A stretch of 64,000 nt of DNA. Origin: Arenicellales bacterium (lineage in GTDB: Bacteria; Pseudomonadota; Gammaproteobacteria; Arenicellales; JAJDZL01). Location: NCBI GenBank assembly GCA_965220725.1, contig OZ244840.1:2560552-2624551 (forward strand), written 5' to 3'. The notes below the pieces were generated by a model that was given only the letters and a program-made list of their open reading frames with translations, did not search any database and was not told the origin of the DNA. Each line of letters opens with the position of its first letter. The first letter of the stretch is position 1. The position numbers and the translations under genes are program-made. Of the stretch, positions 28,896 to 39,095 are shown in pieces.

Positions 28896-29810
28896 ATGTC
28901 AAAATCCGAGACCGAGAGCATCCTGCCTGATGATTCGAGACTGATCGATCAGTTCACCGATACAGTGTGGTCGGAATCCGGACTGGCCGAGACAACGCTG
29001 GAAGCGTATCGCTTTGATCTGATCGCACTCGCGCAATGGCTGCATTCTAACAAACGTTCCCTATTGAAAATCAACCGCAGCGACATCATGGGCTATCTGG
29101 CCAGCCGTTCGGGTTACAGTGCGCGCTCGGTCGCGCGACAGTTGAGCACTTACAGGCGCTTTTACCGCTACTGCCTGATGGAGGAACTGGTCAGACAGTC
29201 ACCGACTGAGAATATCGCCTCGCCATTTATCGGCAGACCATTGCCGAAATGCCTGACCGAGGACGAGGTTGAGGCGCTCATCAATGCGCCGGATACGACG
29301 ACTGCGTTGGGTGTGCGCGATCGTTCGATGCTGGAAACCCTGTACGGCGCCGGATTGCGCACCTCGGAACTGATCTCACTGACGGTCAATTCTGTCAGCC
29401 TGCAAAATGGCTGGGTGCGGCTGACCGGAAAGGGCGCCAAGGAACGGCTGGTACCCCTGGGTGAATACGCGGTGGAGTGGCTGGAGACCTACCTTGACGG
29501 GCATCGTATGCGGATACTCAACAACAAGACCAGCAATGATTTGTTTGTCACCAAACGGGGAGGCAGAATGACCCGTCAGGCGTTCTGGATGAATATTCGC
29601 AAATACTCACAAATCGCAGGCATCGAGTCAGAACTGACGCCGCATACCCTGCGTCATTCTTTTGCGACGCACCTGTTGAACAACGGGACCGACTTGCGAA
29701 CGATCCAGCAGCTGCTGGGGCATAGTGATCTGTCTACAACACAGATCTACACCCACGTCTCGAAACAGCGTCTGACTGATCTGCTCAGACAACATCATCC
29801 GAGGGGCTAG
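28896..29810 (+). CDS. xerD: site-specific tyrosine recombinase XerD
   Basis: The C-terminal HTLRHSFATHLL...LLGHSDLSTTQIYTHV catalytic region and the protein length support the call. The ATG at 28896 is preferred over the GTG at 28887. Confidence 0.9.
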   Translation: MSKSETESILPDDSRLIDQFTDTVWSESGLAETTLEAYRFDLIALAQWLHSNKRSLLKINRSDIMGYLASRSGYSARSVARQLSTYRRFYRYCLMEELVRQSPTENIASPFIGRPLPKCLTEDEVEALINAPDTTTALGVRDRSMLETLYGAGLRTSELISLTVNSVSLQNGWVRLTGKGAKERLVPLGEYAVEWLETYLDGHRMRILNNKTSNDLFVTKRGGRMTRQAFWMNIRKYSQIAGIESELTPHTLRHSFATHLLNNGTDLRTIQQLLGHSDLSTTQIYTHVSKQRLTDLLRQHHPRG

Positions 29811-30682
29811 TTGAGCATGCGCGCCAGCAGATTACGGTATTTCGGGACCAGTTCGCTGTCGGGTCCGAGCATGTCGAACGCCTTGATCATCCCCTTTCGG
29901 CCGGCATCGTCACCAAAAGACCGATTCTGCCGGACGATCTCCAGCAGTGCATCCAGGGCGGTTTCAGCATGACCATGCACCAGGTTCAGCACCGCGAGTT
30001 GGTATCGGGCATCCCAATCCTCGGGATTTTCAGCGACTCGGTTTTCGAGCTCGCTTTCGGACGGGGCACTGCTGACAACATCAATGAATTCGAGCTGGGC
30101 GGCAACGGCCTTGTATTCGGGTTTGTTTTTCGATTCCTTGGCCTTTGCAAGCGTTTCCCTGGCGTTGTCCAGATCGTTTTGATGAAGGTAGAGTCCGGCC
30201 AGGCGGATGTTTGACTCATCCGTATTTTCTGATTCAAGTATTCTGATGGCTTCAGCAACGTTACCGTGGTTCAACAACAGGTCAACCGGGTCGTCTGACT
30301 GCGGTTCGGCAGCGGCTGTCACATGCTTTGACAGGAATTGCTCGATTGCGCTTTTCGGTTGTGCACCCATGAATCCATCGATGACCTCGCCATGCTTGAC
30401 GAGGTAGACTGTCGGAACACTGCGTATGCCAAATTGTCCTGCAAGCTCCTGGTTTTCATCAATGTTGATTTTCACAAGTTGGAGTGCATCACCGTACTCC
30501 TGTGCAATCTCTTCCAGCAAGGGTGTGAGCGTCTTGCACGGTCCGCACCAGGGTGCCCAGAAGTCCACCAGTACCGGTACTGTGTTGGACTTCTCCACCA
30601 CCTCGGCCATGAAGTTGCCGGCATTGGCGTCTACGACATTAGAAGTTTGAGATGAAGGATTTTCGCCACCAATTTGTAACAC
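29807..30682 (-). CDS. ybbN: thioredoxin-domain plus TPR co-chaperone (YbbN/CnoX family)
   Basis: FWAPWCGPCK thioredoxin motif followed by a TPR-like C-terminal half. GTG start preceded by AGAGGAAG. Confidence 0.8.
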   Translation of the reverse strand: MLQIGGENPSSQTSNVVDANAGNFMAEVVEKSNTVPVLVDFWAPWCGPCKTLTPLLEEIAQEYGDALQLVKINIDENQELAGQFGIRSVPTVYLVKHGEVIDGFMGAQPKSAIEQFLSKHVTAAAEPQSDDPVDLLLNHGNVAEAIRILESENTDESNIRLAGLYLHQNDLDNARETLAKAKESKNKPEYKAVAAQLEFIDVVSSAPSESELENRVAENPEDWDARYQLAVLNLVHGHAETALDALLEIVRQNRSFGDDAGRKGMIKAFDMLGPDSELVPKYRNLLARMLN

Positions 30683-30714
30683 TGGACTTCCTCTTGTTGA
30701 TGATGCAATTGGTT

Positions 30715-30789
30715 TGGCGCTCCCTAGGGGAATCGAACCCCTGTTCCCGGCTTGAGAGGCCGATGTCCTGACCGCTAGACGAAGGGAGC
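30715..30789 (-). tRNA. tRNA-Glu (anticodon CUC)
   Basis: The reverse complement reads GCTCCCTTCGTCTAGCGGTCAGGACATCGGCCTCTCAAGCCGGGAACAGGGGTTCGATTCCCCTAGGGAGCGCCA. It folds as a cloverleaf with a 7-bp acceptor stem, a TTCGATT T-loop, an encoded CCA and an anticodon loop CTCTCAA. It closely resembles E. coli tRNA-Glu. Confidence 0.9.
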
Positions 30790-30851
30790 AGCGCTTGAGT
30801 TCAAAATGGTATCACAAATCGTTCGGTGTATGTGAGTAGGGTGATGTTGGA

Positions 30852-32126
30852 ATGACAGAACCGCGGATAATTGAACAGTCGATTCATGGCATCACGCGTG
30901 ACCGCCTCAGTCGGAAGGCGGTCGAGGTGATTGAGGAATTGCATCGTGCCGGCTTTTCAGGAGAGCTGGTCGGCGGGTGCGTTCGCGACCTGCTGTGTGG
31001 CAAGCGGCCAAAGGACTTCGATGTCGCGACCAAGGCCACACCCGAACAGGTGCAGAACCTGTTCAAGCGAAGCTACATCATCGGTCGGCGCTTTCGCCTG
31101 GTTGAGGTTCTCCTCGGCTTTGAGGTGGTTCAGGTTGCCACCTATCGTGCAGAGCCTGGCAAGGCCCGACGTTACGGCAAATACAGGAACATCTCCACAA
31201 GAGGAAAAATCCTAAGGGACAATAACTATGGGGACATCGAGCAGGATGCCTTCAGAAGGGACCTGACCATCAATTCACTCTACCTGAATCCCGAAGACAT
31301 GAGCATCATCGACTACACAGGTGGATACGAGGACATGCAAAATGGGATCATCCGGGTGATTGGCAATCCATCTCAACGCTACAAGGAGGATCCGGTGCGT
31401 ATCTTGCGTGCGATTCGATTTGCTGCAATGCTGGGCTTTCAAATTGATGACTATTCGCTGAAACCAATTCGCACGGATTGCAGGTTCTTGAAGGATGTCC
31501 CGAACTCGCGGCTTGCAGACGAGATCAAGAAACTGTTTTTTGATGGGTTTGCGCTGTCGATTTTCGAACTGCTGCTGGAAAACGGGGTATTCACCGAACT
31601 GTTTCAGTGCTATTCGACACATCATGCCTTTACGATGGATGACGATGCGCGACGGTGGCTCTCCGCGATATTTGAGGAAGCCGACGATCGAGCCAGAACC
31701 GGCAAGCAGCTCAGTCTGTCGTACCTGCTGGCAACGGTCTTGTGGTTGCCGTACAAACGAGTGAGAGACAAGAGCAAGCGCCAGGCCAATCGCGGCGGGC
31801 CGATCCATCCAAGCCGACTCGCCACCGACCTGCTGAATCTGCAGAATCGAACCACGCGCATCAGCAAACCGCACTTCGACCGGGTCAAGGATATTTGGCA
31901 TATGCAAAGCCGAATGGAGTCAGCCCGGCCGGATGATGTGGTGAGAATCGCCGAAAACCGTAATTTCCGGGCGGCGTTTCGACTGCTGGCCCTGCGGGCG
32001 AGAAACGGTGAGGTGAGTCAGGAACTTTGCGACCGTTGGCGGGAAGTTCGAAATACCCGGCCGAAACCTAGGATCAGGAACAAGCGTTATGGAAAAAGAG
32101 GCCGACGGGCAGTCAGAATGCGATGA
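30852..32126 (+). CDS. pcnB: poly(A) polymerase I
   Basis: GGCVRDLLCGKRPKDFDVAT nucleotidyltransferase motif and a basic C-terminus. Conserved pcnB-folK pairing. Confidence 0.9.
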   Translation: MTEPRIIEQSIHGITRDRLSRKAVEVIEELHRAGFSGELVGGCVRDLLCGKRPKDFDVATKATPEQVQNLFKRSYIIGRRFRLVEVLLGFEVVQVATYRAEPGKARRYGKYRNISTRGKILRDNNYGDIEQDAFRRDLTINSLYLNPEDMSIIDYTGGYEDMQNGIIRVIGNPSQRYKEDPVRILRAIRFAAMLGFQIDDYSLKPIRTDCRFLKDVPNSRLADEIKKLFFDGFALSIFELLLENGVFTELFQCYSTHHAFTMDDDARRWLSAIFEEADDRARTGKQLSLSYLLATVLWLPYKRVRDKSKRQANRGGPIHPSRLATDLLNLQNRTTRISKPHFDRVKDIWHMQSRMESARPDDVVRIAENRNFRAAFRLLALRARNGEVSQELCDRWREVRNTRPKPRIRNKRYGKRGRRAVRMR

Positions 32127-32617
32127 GGCAGGACGGGGTTGTTTCCTATATCGGTGTCGGCAGCAATCTTGACGATCCCCGACAACAGGTTGTATCGGCA
32201 ATGGATCGGATTGGTCGTCTGGATGACTGTGAGATTGTCAAATGCTCGTCTTTGTACCTGTCCAAGCCGATCGGGTTTGCCGACCAGCCGGATTTCATCA
32301 ATGCGGCCTGCGCGGTGACAACGACGCTTGAGCCCGGACAGTTGCTGAAGGAATTGTTGCAGATTGAGGAGAAACTGGGCCGGGTCCGGGTGGATTTGCC
32401 GAATCGACCGCGGCGGGTTGATCTTGACGTGCTGTTGTATGGTACACAGGAAATCGACAGTACAAGTCTGACAGTGCCGCATCCTCGAATGCATGAACGC
32501 CGCTTTGTGCTTGAGCCCTTGGTGGAAATTGACCCGCAGGTGTCCATTCCCCAAAGAGGACTCGCCATTGATCTTCTCGGTGGTTGCATGACACAGTTCG
32601 TGGTACGGCTCGAGTAA
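32123..32617 (+). CDS. folK: 2-amino-4-hydroxy-6-hydroxymethyldihydropteridine diphosphokinase
   Basis: 164 aa with YIGVGSNL...PHPRMHERRFVLEPL, typical of HPPK. Its ATG overlaps the pcnB stop. Confidence 0.9.
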   Translation: MRQDGVVSYIGVGSNLDDPRQQVVSAMDRIGRLDDCEIVKCSSLYLSKPIGFADQPDFINAACAVTTTLEPGQLLKELLQIEEKLGRVRVDLPNRPRRVDLDVLLYGTQEIDSTSLTVPHPRMHERRFVLEPLVEIDPQVSIPQRGLAIDLLGGCMTQFVVRLE

Positions 32618-32684
32618 GTAGGCTGACCGAGCGAAGCTCAGACCGAATGATTGAATTTTTATCTTTGTGGTGGGGACACAATCA

Positions 32685-33908
32685 ATGAACGTTGCTGGAC
32701 AACCTCTTCGCGTGCTTTCCGGCATGCGACCGACAGGCCGATTGCATCTGGGGCATTACCACGGTGTGATCAAGCCTTGGGTCGAGTTGCAGTCCCAACA
32801 CCAGTGTTTTTATTTTGTGGCGGACTGGCATGCGCTGACGACCGAGTTCGAGGCGGTCAGCGACAAGTCCATGAGGGAGAATGTCTGGGATATGATCATT
32901 GACTGGCTTGCTTCCGGCGTCGATCCGGAACTGGCGACGATCTTCATCCAGTCGCGGGTGCCCGAACACGCCGAACTGTACCTGCTGCTGTCGATGATCA
33001 GCCCGCTTGGCTGGCTCGAGCGGGTGCCGAGTTTCAAGGATCAGCAGGAAAAACTCAAAAATAGGGACCTGTCAACTCATGGGTTTCTGGGATATCCGGT
33101 GCTGCAGAGCGCTGACATCCTGATGTACCGTGCCTCACTGGTGCCGGTTGGTGAGGATCAGGTGCCGCATATCGAACTGACCCGGGAAATCGCGCGAAGA
33201 TTCAACTCGGTTTTCGGACGCGAGCCTGACTTCAAGGAGAAGGCGGAATCTTCCATCCGTAAACTGGGTCGGAAGCTGAGCAGACAGTATCGTGAGTATC
33301 GTCAGGCCTACACCGAGCGGGGGGATGAGGACGCATTGCTGAAAGCCCAGGCACTGTTGGAGAATGTCACCAACCTCTCCCGCGGTGATCGGGAGAGACT
33401 GATGGGATATATCGACGGGAGCGGGCGGCAGATTCTAACCGAACCCAAGGAATATCTCACTGAGGCATCCAAGGTGCCCGGAGTCGATGGGCAGAAGATG
33501 TCCAAGTCATACGGCAATGCGATCTATCTGCGGGATGATCCGCAGAGAATCACCAAGTCCATTCGGTCGATGCCCACTGATCCGGCCCGGGTACGCCGCA
33601 ACGATCCCGGCAATCCGGAGAAATGCCCGGTCTGGGAGTTTCACAAGATCTATTCAAGTGATGAGGTGAAAAAATGGGTCTGCGAAGGCTGCACCACGGC
33701 CGCGATCGGTTGTCTGGATTGCAAATCCCCCGTGATCGATGCCTTGCTTGAGGAGCAGGCTCAGCACGCTGAACGGGCCAAACCCTATATCGAGGATCAG
33801 GGATTCTTGAGAAAGGTCATTGCGGACGGATGTGAGCGGGCCGGCGCGGTGGCCGAAGCCACCATGAGCGATGTTCGCCGATATGTGGGTACTGCAGGAT
33901 ACCGGTGA
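32685..33908 (+). CDS. trpS: tryptophan--tRNA ligase (long form with insertion and C-terminal Cys cluster)
   Basis: HIGH-type motif TGRLHLGHY and KMSKS present. The ATG at 32685 is preferred over the GTG at 32667. Confidence 0.9.
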   Translation: MNVAGQPLRVLSGMRPTGRLHLGHYHGVIKPWVELQSQHQCFYFVADWHALTTEFEAVSDKSMRENVWDMIIDWLASGVDPELATIFIQSRVPEHAELYLLLSMISPLGWLERVPSFKDQQEKLKNRDLSTHGFLGYPVLQSADILMYRASLVPVGEDQVPHIELTREIARRFNSVFGREPDFKEKAESSIRKLGRKLSRQYREYRQAYTERGDEDALLKAQALLENVTNLSRGDRERLMGYIDGSGRQILTEPKEYLTEASKVPGVDGQKMSKSYGNAIYLRDDPQRITKSIRSMPTDPARVRRNDPGNPEKCPVWEFHKIYSSDEVKKWVCEGCTTAAIGCLDCKSPVIDALLEEQAQHAERAKPYIEDQGFLRKVIADGCERAGAVAEATMSDVRRYVGTAGYR

Positions 33909-33960
33909 CTTGGACAGGGAGACTGACAAGTCGGAACAGGTCAAGGCGGTGTCGGGCGAG

Positions 33961-34701
33961 ATGGAACTGCCGGGTGACCTCTTTATCCCGCAGGATGCAT
34001 TGGAGATCATCACGCAGGATTTCGAGGGTCCGTTGGACCTGCTGCTGTACCTGATTCGAAAAAACAGGTTTGATGTGCTGAACATCCCGGTGGCCGAGAT
34101 TGCCGAGCAGTACGCAAACTACATTGATCTGATGCAGAAGATACAGTTGGAGTTGGCTGGAGAGTATCTGGCGATGGCTGCGACCCTGGCGCAGATCAAA
34201 TCCAGGCTTTTGCTGCCGCCCAAACACAGTGAGGCGGATGACGATGAGGACATCGATCCGCGTTTGGAACTGGCCCTGCGTCTGCAACAGTATGAGAAGT
34301 TCAGAACTGTTGCCGAACGATTGGATGCCTTGCCCCGTGTCGGACGGGAGATTTTTGTTGTTCACGCCCGGGGCGTGACACGAGATCAAGCACCTGAATT
34401 CGAGTCCATTGAATTATCGGATCTGATCGAGGCGTTTCAGGGTGTGTTGCAACTGGCACAACAAAATGTGTCGATTGTCATGCAACGGGAAACCCTGTCG
34501 GTCAAGGACAAGGTGGACGCCATCATCGAGAGGATGCGAGATGTCCGGCAGTTGAGATTTGAGGAGCTGTTTGACAAGCGCGAAGGCAAGCCGGGCATGA
34601 TTGTGGCGTTTCTCGCACTGCTGGAACTGATCAATGCCAGGAAGGTCTACGCGATCCAGACCGATTCTGACTCTCCCATACATATTCGTCTGAACGACTG
34701 A
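33961..34701 (+). CDS. scpA: segregation and condensation protein A
   Basis: FEGPLDLLLYLIRKN motif. The ATG at 33961 avoids the overlap with trpS that the track start 33871 would create. Start is uncertain. Confidence 0.8.
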   Translation: MELPGDLFIPQDALEIITQDFEGPLDLLLYLIRKNRFDVLNIPVAEIAEQYANYIDLMQKIQLELAGEYLAMAATLAQIKSRLLLPPKHSEADDDEDIDPRLELALRLQQYEKFRTVAERLDALPRVGREIFVVHARGVTRDQAPEFESIELSDLIEAFQGVLQLAQQNVSIVMQRETLSVKDKVDAIIERMRDVRQLRFEELFDKREGKPGMIVAFLALLELINARKVYAIQTDSDSPIHIRLND

Positions 34702-34706
34702 GGGAA

Positions 34707-35282
34707 ATGACCATTCATTTCAGTGAACTGAGAAAGATCGTCGAAGCCGCGGTGCTGACCTCTGACGTGCCGGTTTCGGTCGAGCAACTGGCGAGCCTGT
34801 TTACCGACGATGACAAGGTTCAGGTGCTCGACATCGAACGCGCACTGCTGGATATGGAGCGCGAGTGCGATGCCCGGGGCGTGGAATTGAAAAAGATCAG
34901 CAATGGGTATCGGTATCAGTCCCGCGACGAATATGCGATTTGGCTGCAGCGACTGTCGGAGATCCGACCGCGACGCTATTCAAGGGCACTGATGGAGACA
35001 TTGTCGATTATCGCCTTCCGTCAGCCTGTCACACGCGGTGACATTGAGAACATCCGCGGTGTTTCGGTGTCGACCGAGATCATGCGCACACTGCTGACCA
35101 GTGAATGGATAGAGCAGGCGGGATACAAGCAGGTACCCGGACGTCCTGCACTATTCAAGACCACGCCGAAGTTTCTGGAGTATTTCAATCTTGAGTCCCT
35201 TGACGATCTCCCCGCGCTTGATTTGCTGGAGCGACAGTTGCCATCAGATGATCAGGAGATCGATGACGAAGCCGGTGAGTGA
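34707..35282 (+). CDS. scpB: segregation and condensation protein B
   Basis: 191 aa with ETLSIIAFRQPVTRGDIENIRGV, typical of ScpB. Follows scpA. Confidence 0.85.
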   Translation: MTIHFSELRKIVEAAVLTSDVPVSVEQLASLFTDDDKVQVLDIERALLDMERECDARGVELKKISNGYRYQSRDEYAIWLQRLSEIRPRRYSRALMETLSIIAFRQPVTRGDIENIRGVSVSTEIMRTLLTSEWIEQAGYKQVPGRPALFKTTPKFLEYFNLESLDDLPALDLLERQLPSDDQEIDDEAGE

Positions 35283-35323
35283 ACGTCAGCTGTTTGCTCA
35301 AAGCACGCTCAAGATTACAGGGT

Positions 35324-36049
35324 ATGCGAATCCAGAAATACCTCGCCAGGGTGGGCGTTGCCTCCAGAAGGGAAGTCGAGCGGTGGATCAGTGAAAACCG
35401 GGTTGGATTGAACGGTGTCAGCTGCAAGCCGGGTGACCAGGTGGTATTGGGGGATGTCATCACGGTTGATGGACAGATTTTCAAGGTTACAGATGTTGAA
35501 CCTCCGGTTCGGATCATTGCCTACCACAAGCGACTCGGAGAAATGGTCACCCGCAGCGACCCAGCCAATCGCCCGCTCGCCGTGAATGCGCTACCTCCAA
35601 TTGATATCGGACGATGGATATCGGTCGGGCGACTCGATGTGAATACGACCGGATTGCTTTTGTTCACAAACCATGGTGAGCTCGCGAATGCGCTCATGCA
35701 TCCGGGATCCAATATCGAACGGGAATATCTGTGCCGGGTGTTTGGCAGCGTTTCCGGTAGAGAACTGGAGCGATTGCGAAGGGGCGTGAAGTCAAAGAAT
35801 GAAACGCTGCGTTTCGACGAAATCGATTTCGTCAAGGGAAAAGGACTCAATCAGTGGTATCGGATTGTTTTGAAACGGGGGAAGAATCGGGAAATCCGCC
35901 GCGCGTGGGAAGCAATCGGGTTTCAGGTGAATCGGTTGCAACGGATTCGTTACGGAGAAATCCATCTGGACGATTCTCTCAAACCAGGGGACTGGAAGGA
36001 ACTTGGTCAGCACGCGGTTGACCAAGTTATGCAATCAGTTGAAATTTGA
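35324..36049 (+). CDS. rluB: 23S rRNA pseudouridine synthase (RluB-type)
   Basis: S4 domain MRIQKYLARVGVASRRE plus the catalytic GRLDVNTTGLLLFTN motif. The ATG at 35324 is preferred. Confidence 0.85.
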   Translation: MRIQKYLARVGVASRREVERWISENRVGLNGVSCKPGDQVVLGDVITVDGQIFKVTDVEPPVRIIAYHKRLGEMVTRSDPANRPLAVNALPPIDIGRWISVGRLDVNTTGLLLFTNHGELANALMHPGSNIEREYLCRVFGSVSGRELERLRRGVKSKNETLRFDEIDFVKGKGLNQWYRIVLKRGKNREIRRAWEAIGFQVNRLQRIRYGEIHLDDSLKPGDWKELGQHAVDQVMQSVEI

Positions 36050-36123
36050 GGTTGTAGCATCGTTACATTATCGAGTTTGCGTTTGCGGCATTGCATTCAT
36101 TTCAGCAACATGGATCTTGCAAA

Positions 36124-36792
36124 TCAATCGCAAGATTCCCATAAAATCGAATTGATTTCCTGAACCGAGTCAACGATAAAATCTGCGCCCCATGAGTTCG
36201 GATCATCTCCCGGTGGAATGTATCCGTATGTCACCGCCAGGGTTTCAACACCTGCACCGGATCCTGCCTGAACATCGCGGATGGAGTCTCCGATAAACAG
36301 ACTGTATTCCGGGCCTGTACCGACCAGTTTACAGGCATGCTGGACGGGTAGTGGGTGCGGTTTCCGTTCCGGCAGGGAGTCGCCGCCGATGATACAGGCT
36401 GCCGTGCTGTCCAATCCGAGTTCATTGATCAGTTGCAAGGTCAGGTATTCCGGCTTGTTGGTAACGATGCCCCACTTCATACCGGAATCGTCGCATCGTT
36501 TCAGTAATTCATCCATACCCGGAAACAGTTCAGTATGTACACACACGTTGTTTTCGTAGATATCGAGAAATTGCACACGCAGTTCCTCATAGCGGTCCTC
36601 TCCGGGAGAGCAGTCGAATCCAATTCGAAGAAGTGCGGGGGTGCCGTTGGAAACGTGCGGACGCAGGGTTTCAAAGGGGATCGGTTGCTGATCCCATCGT
36701 TCCATGAGAATGTTCAACGAGTTCACCATGTCCCGGGCCGTATCAGCCAGGGTACCGTCCAAGTCAAACAATGCGAGACGATACTTGTTCAA
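36124..36792 (-). CDS. gph: HAD-family phosphoglycolate phosphatase-like hydrolase
   Basis: LFDLDGTLADT HAD motif I. The likely TTG start at 36792 overlaps the ubiG stop (TTGA). The longer track ORF (to 36915) would overlap ubiG by 127 nt. Confidence 0.7.
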   Translation of the reverse strand: MNKYRLALFDLDGTLADTARDMVNSLNILMERWDQQPIPFETLRPHVSNGTPALLRIGFDCSPGEDRYEELRVQFLDIYENNVCVHTELFPGMDELLKRCDDSGMKWGIVTNKPEYLTLQLINELGLDSTAACIIGGDSLPERKPHPLPVQHACKLVGTGPEYSLFIGDSIRDVQAGSGAGVETLAVTYGYIPPGDDPNSWGADFIVDSVQEINSILWESCD

Positions 36793-37496
36793 GATCGCAC
36801 GCAGTGGACAATGTAATTGACGTCGACACCAGGTGCGAGTCGAAAGGTTTGATTGAGTGGGTTGTAGTGCATACCGACGATTGATTGAATGGTAATTCCG
36901 GCTTGTCTGCACCAATGGTTGAGTTCTGAAGGCTTGATGAAGTTTTTGTGTTGATGGGTACCGCGAGGCAATAGGTTCAGAATATATTCAGCACCGACTA
37001 TGCCGAACAACCAACTCTTGACAGTTCTGTTCAGTGTAGAAAAATAGAGACTGCCACCTGACTTCACCACTTGCGCGCAGGCTTCAATGGTCGATGCCGG
37101 ATCCGGTACATGCTCCAGCATTTCCATACAGGTGAGAATATCGAACTGTTCTTTGCCTTGTTGAACAAAATCCTCAATTGTCGAGTAAATGTAATTGACC
37201 GCCAATTCGCTCTCATGGAGATGTATCTTGGCAACCTGGAGTGATGCTTCGCTGACGTCCAAACCTGTCACAGACGCGCTTTCCATCGCAAGGGACTCAG
37301 CGAGGATGCCACCGCCGCAACCGACATCAATCACTTTCCTTCCGGAAATTGCGGAGTGCTGCTTGATGAAATCCAGTCTCAGCGGATTCAGCATGTGCAG
37401 CGGCCGAAACTTTCCTTCCGGATCCCACCATTGCTCGGCGAGCTTGGAAAACTTCTGCACCTCGGCTTGATCGATGTTTGGTGTTTCCACATTCAT
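36789..37496 (-). CDS. ubiG: bifunctional 3-demethylubiquinol / 2-polyprenyl-6-hydroxyphenol O-methyltransferase
   Basis: The SAM-binding motif VIDVGCGGGIL and the N-terminal ...EVQKFSKLAEQWWDPEGKFRPLH closely parallel UbiG. The ATG at 37496 is preferred over the TTG at 37511. Confidence 0.9.
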   Translation of the reverse strand: MNVETPNIDQAEVQKFSKLAEQWWDPEGKFRPLHMLNPLRLDFIKQHSAISGRKVIDVGCGGGILAESLAMESASVTGLDVSEASLQVAKIHLHESELAVNYIYSTIEDFVQQGKEQFDILTCMEMLEHVPDPASTIEACAQVVKSGGSLYFSTLNRTVKSWLFGIVGAEYILNLLPRGTHQHKNFIKPSELNHWCRQAGITIQSIVGMHYNPLNQTFRLAPGVDVNYIVHCVRS

Positions 37497-37611
37497 AGCG
37501 TAGTTGACCAATTGGAATCAGTAATATAAAGACTGGCAGAATGCTGATTGAGTATGGTATTCAGCCATGCAAGTTCAGGTATCGAAAAGTCCGACGTTGC
37601 GACCAGCCATC

Positions 37612-38949
37612 TCATCCATGTGACAGTTCAATGTCACTTGAAATTCTTGCATGCCATTGGTTTGCCAATTTTACGCATTCTGCGTCATCGATGAATGTCA
37701 ATTTTCCGGAATCCAGTACACGACTGCCACCAATCCAGACATCGGTTACCTGATTGCGTGCCGCTGAATGCACGATTTGAGAAACAGGATTGTAGACAGG
37801 TCTGGATTCCAAGGCGCCAAGATCGATTGCTGTAATGTCGGCAAGTTTTCCCTTCTCAAGGCTTCCAAACAGGTGATCCATACCCAGGCTTTTGGCTCCG
37901 TTGATCGTAGACATTCGCAATGCCTGGTGAACCGATACATTGGCGGGGTTGCCTGAAACGCCTTTTGCGACCAGTGATGCGAAACGCATTTCCTCAAGCA
38001 TGTTCAGGCTGTTGTTGCTGGCGGCGCCGTCAGTACCGATTGAGACATTGACATTCATATTGAGTAAATCACTGACGGGGCAGATGCCACTGGATATCTT
38101 CAAGTTTGACTTCGGGCAGTGCACAACACTGCTTTTAGATTCGCTCAACAAGGCGATCTCATCGTCCAGAAGTTGCGTTGCGTGTACGGCAACAAGATTT
38201 CGATTCACCAGGCCGAGATTGTTCAGGCGTTGAAGTGGTCGGACTCCATATTGTTTCAATGAATCTGTGACTTCCTGTGCAGTCTCGTGTACGTGCATGT
38301 GTACACCCAGATCATGGTCCTCAGAGATTTTGAGAATACTTTCAAATGTCGGATCGAAAACAGTGTAGGGTGCATGTGGCGCAAGAATAGTCGAGACGAG
38401 TTCTGAATCGCCAAACTGCTGATGCAAGTCGAGTCCATTTTCCAGGTACTCTTGCGCGGACTGTGCCCATCTGGTGGGAAACTCGAGGACGATCATGCCG
38501 AGGCAAACGCGCATATTGACTGATTCGGCAACCTCGCCAACCTGTTCGGGAAAGAAATACATATCGTTGATACATGTTGTCCCACTCTTTATGGCTTCTG
38601 CGAAGGCCAGCATTGCGCCGTCCCGCACAAATTCTTGGTCCGCCCATTTTCCCTCAAGCGGCCAGATGTGTTCTTGAAGCCATGCTTCGAGCGGGACATC
38701 CTCCGCAATTCCCCGGAACAACGACATTGATGCATGGGCATGCGAATTTACGAATCCAGGCACAAGCGCGTGATGGTCGCTGAGTGTGACTCTCTGAGAA
38801 GCCTCATACTTTGAGTTCGCTTCGGAAGTAGGCAGGACTTGAAGAATTTTCCCGGATTCGACTACGATGCTGTGGTTATCGAGAATGTTGTTTGAATCAT
38901 CGACAGGAATGACCCATCGGGCGTTGATGATTGTGTCCGTATTTTTCAT
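37612..38949 (-). CDS. mtaD: amidohydrolase, 5-methylthioadenosine/S-adenosylhomocysteine deaminase-like
   Basis: 445 aa with the amidohydrolase metal motif NSHAHASMS and the TRZ/ATZ-MtaD-like length. Adjacent to ubiG, as I recall for Pseudomonas. Confidence 0.75.
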   Translation of the reverse strand: MKNTDTIINARWVIPVDDSNNILDNHSIVVESGKILQVLPTSEANSKYEASQRVTLSDHHALVPGFVNSHAHASMSLFRGIAEDVPLEAWLQEHIWPLEGKWADQEFVRDGAMLAFAEAIKSGTTCINDMYFFPEQVGEVAESVNMRVCLGMIVLEFPTRWAQSAQEYLENGLDLHQQFGDSELVSTILAPHAPYTVFDPTFESILKISEDHDLGVHMHVHETAQEVTDSLKQYGVRPLQRLNNLGLVNRNLVAVHATQLLDDEIALLSESKSSVVHCPKSNLKISSGICPVSDLLNMNVNVSIGTDGAASNNSLNMLEEMRFASLVAKGVSGNPANVSVHQALRMSTINGAKSLGMDHLFGSLEKGKLADITAIDLGALESRPVYNPVSQIVHSAARNQVTDVWIGGSRVLDSGKLTFIDDAECVKLANQWHARISSDIELSHG

Positions 38950-39095
38950 GTTGCGGAAGTATATCGCACGCGTAAAACACTGATATTGAATTTCAGACTC
39001 AGAGACGGTTAAACAGACTTGATCACCTTATATTGAGAGCGCCATCGGGTCATCTCTTTGGCAGCGGAGGTGACTCAGGTGCTCAAAAAGGAGTT

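Noticed and set aside
31275-34389. Long antisense ORFs opposite pcnB (31275..31907), folK (32087..32725, 32146..32589) and trpS/scpA (33654..34085, 33817..34389)
   Set aside because: The opposite-strand genes have unambiguous family motifs, and the antisense products show no motifs and biased composition.
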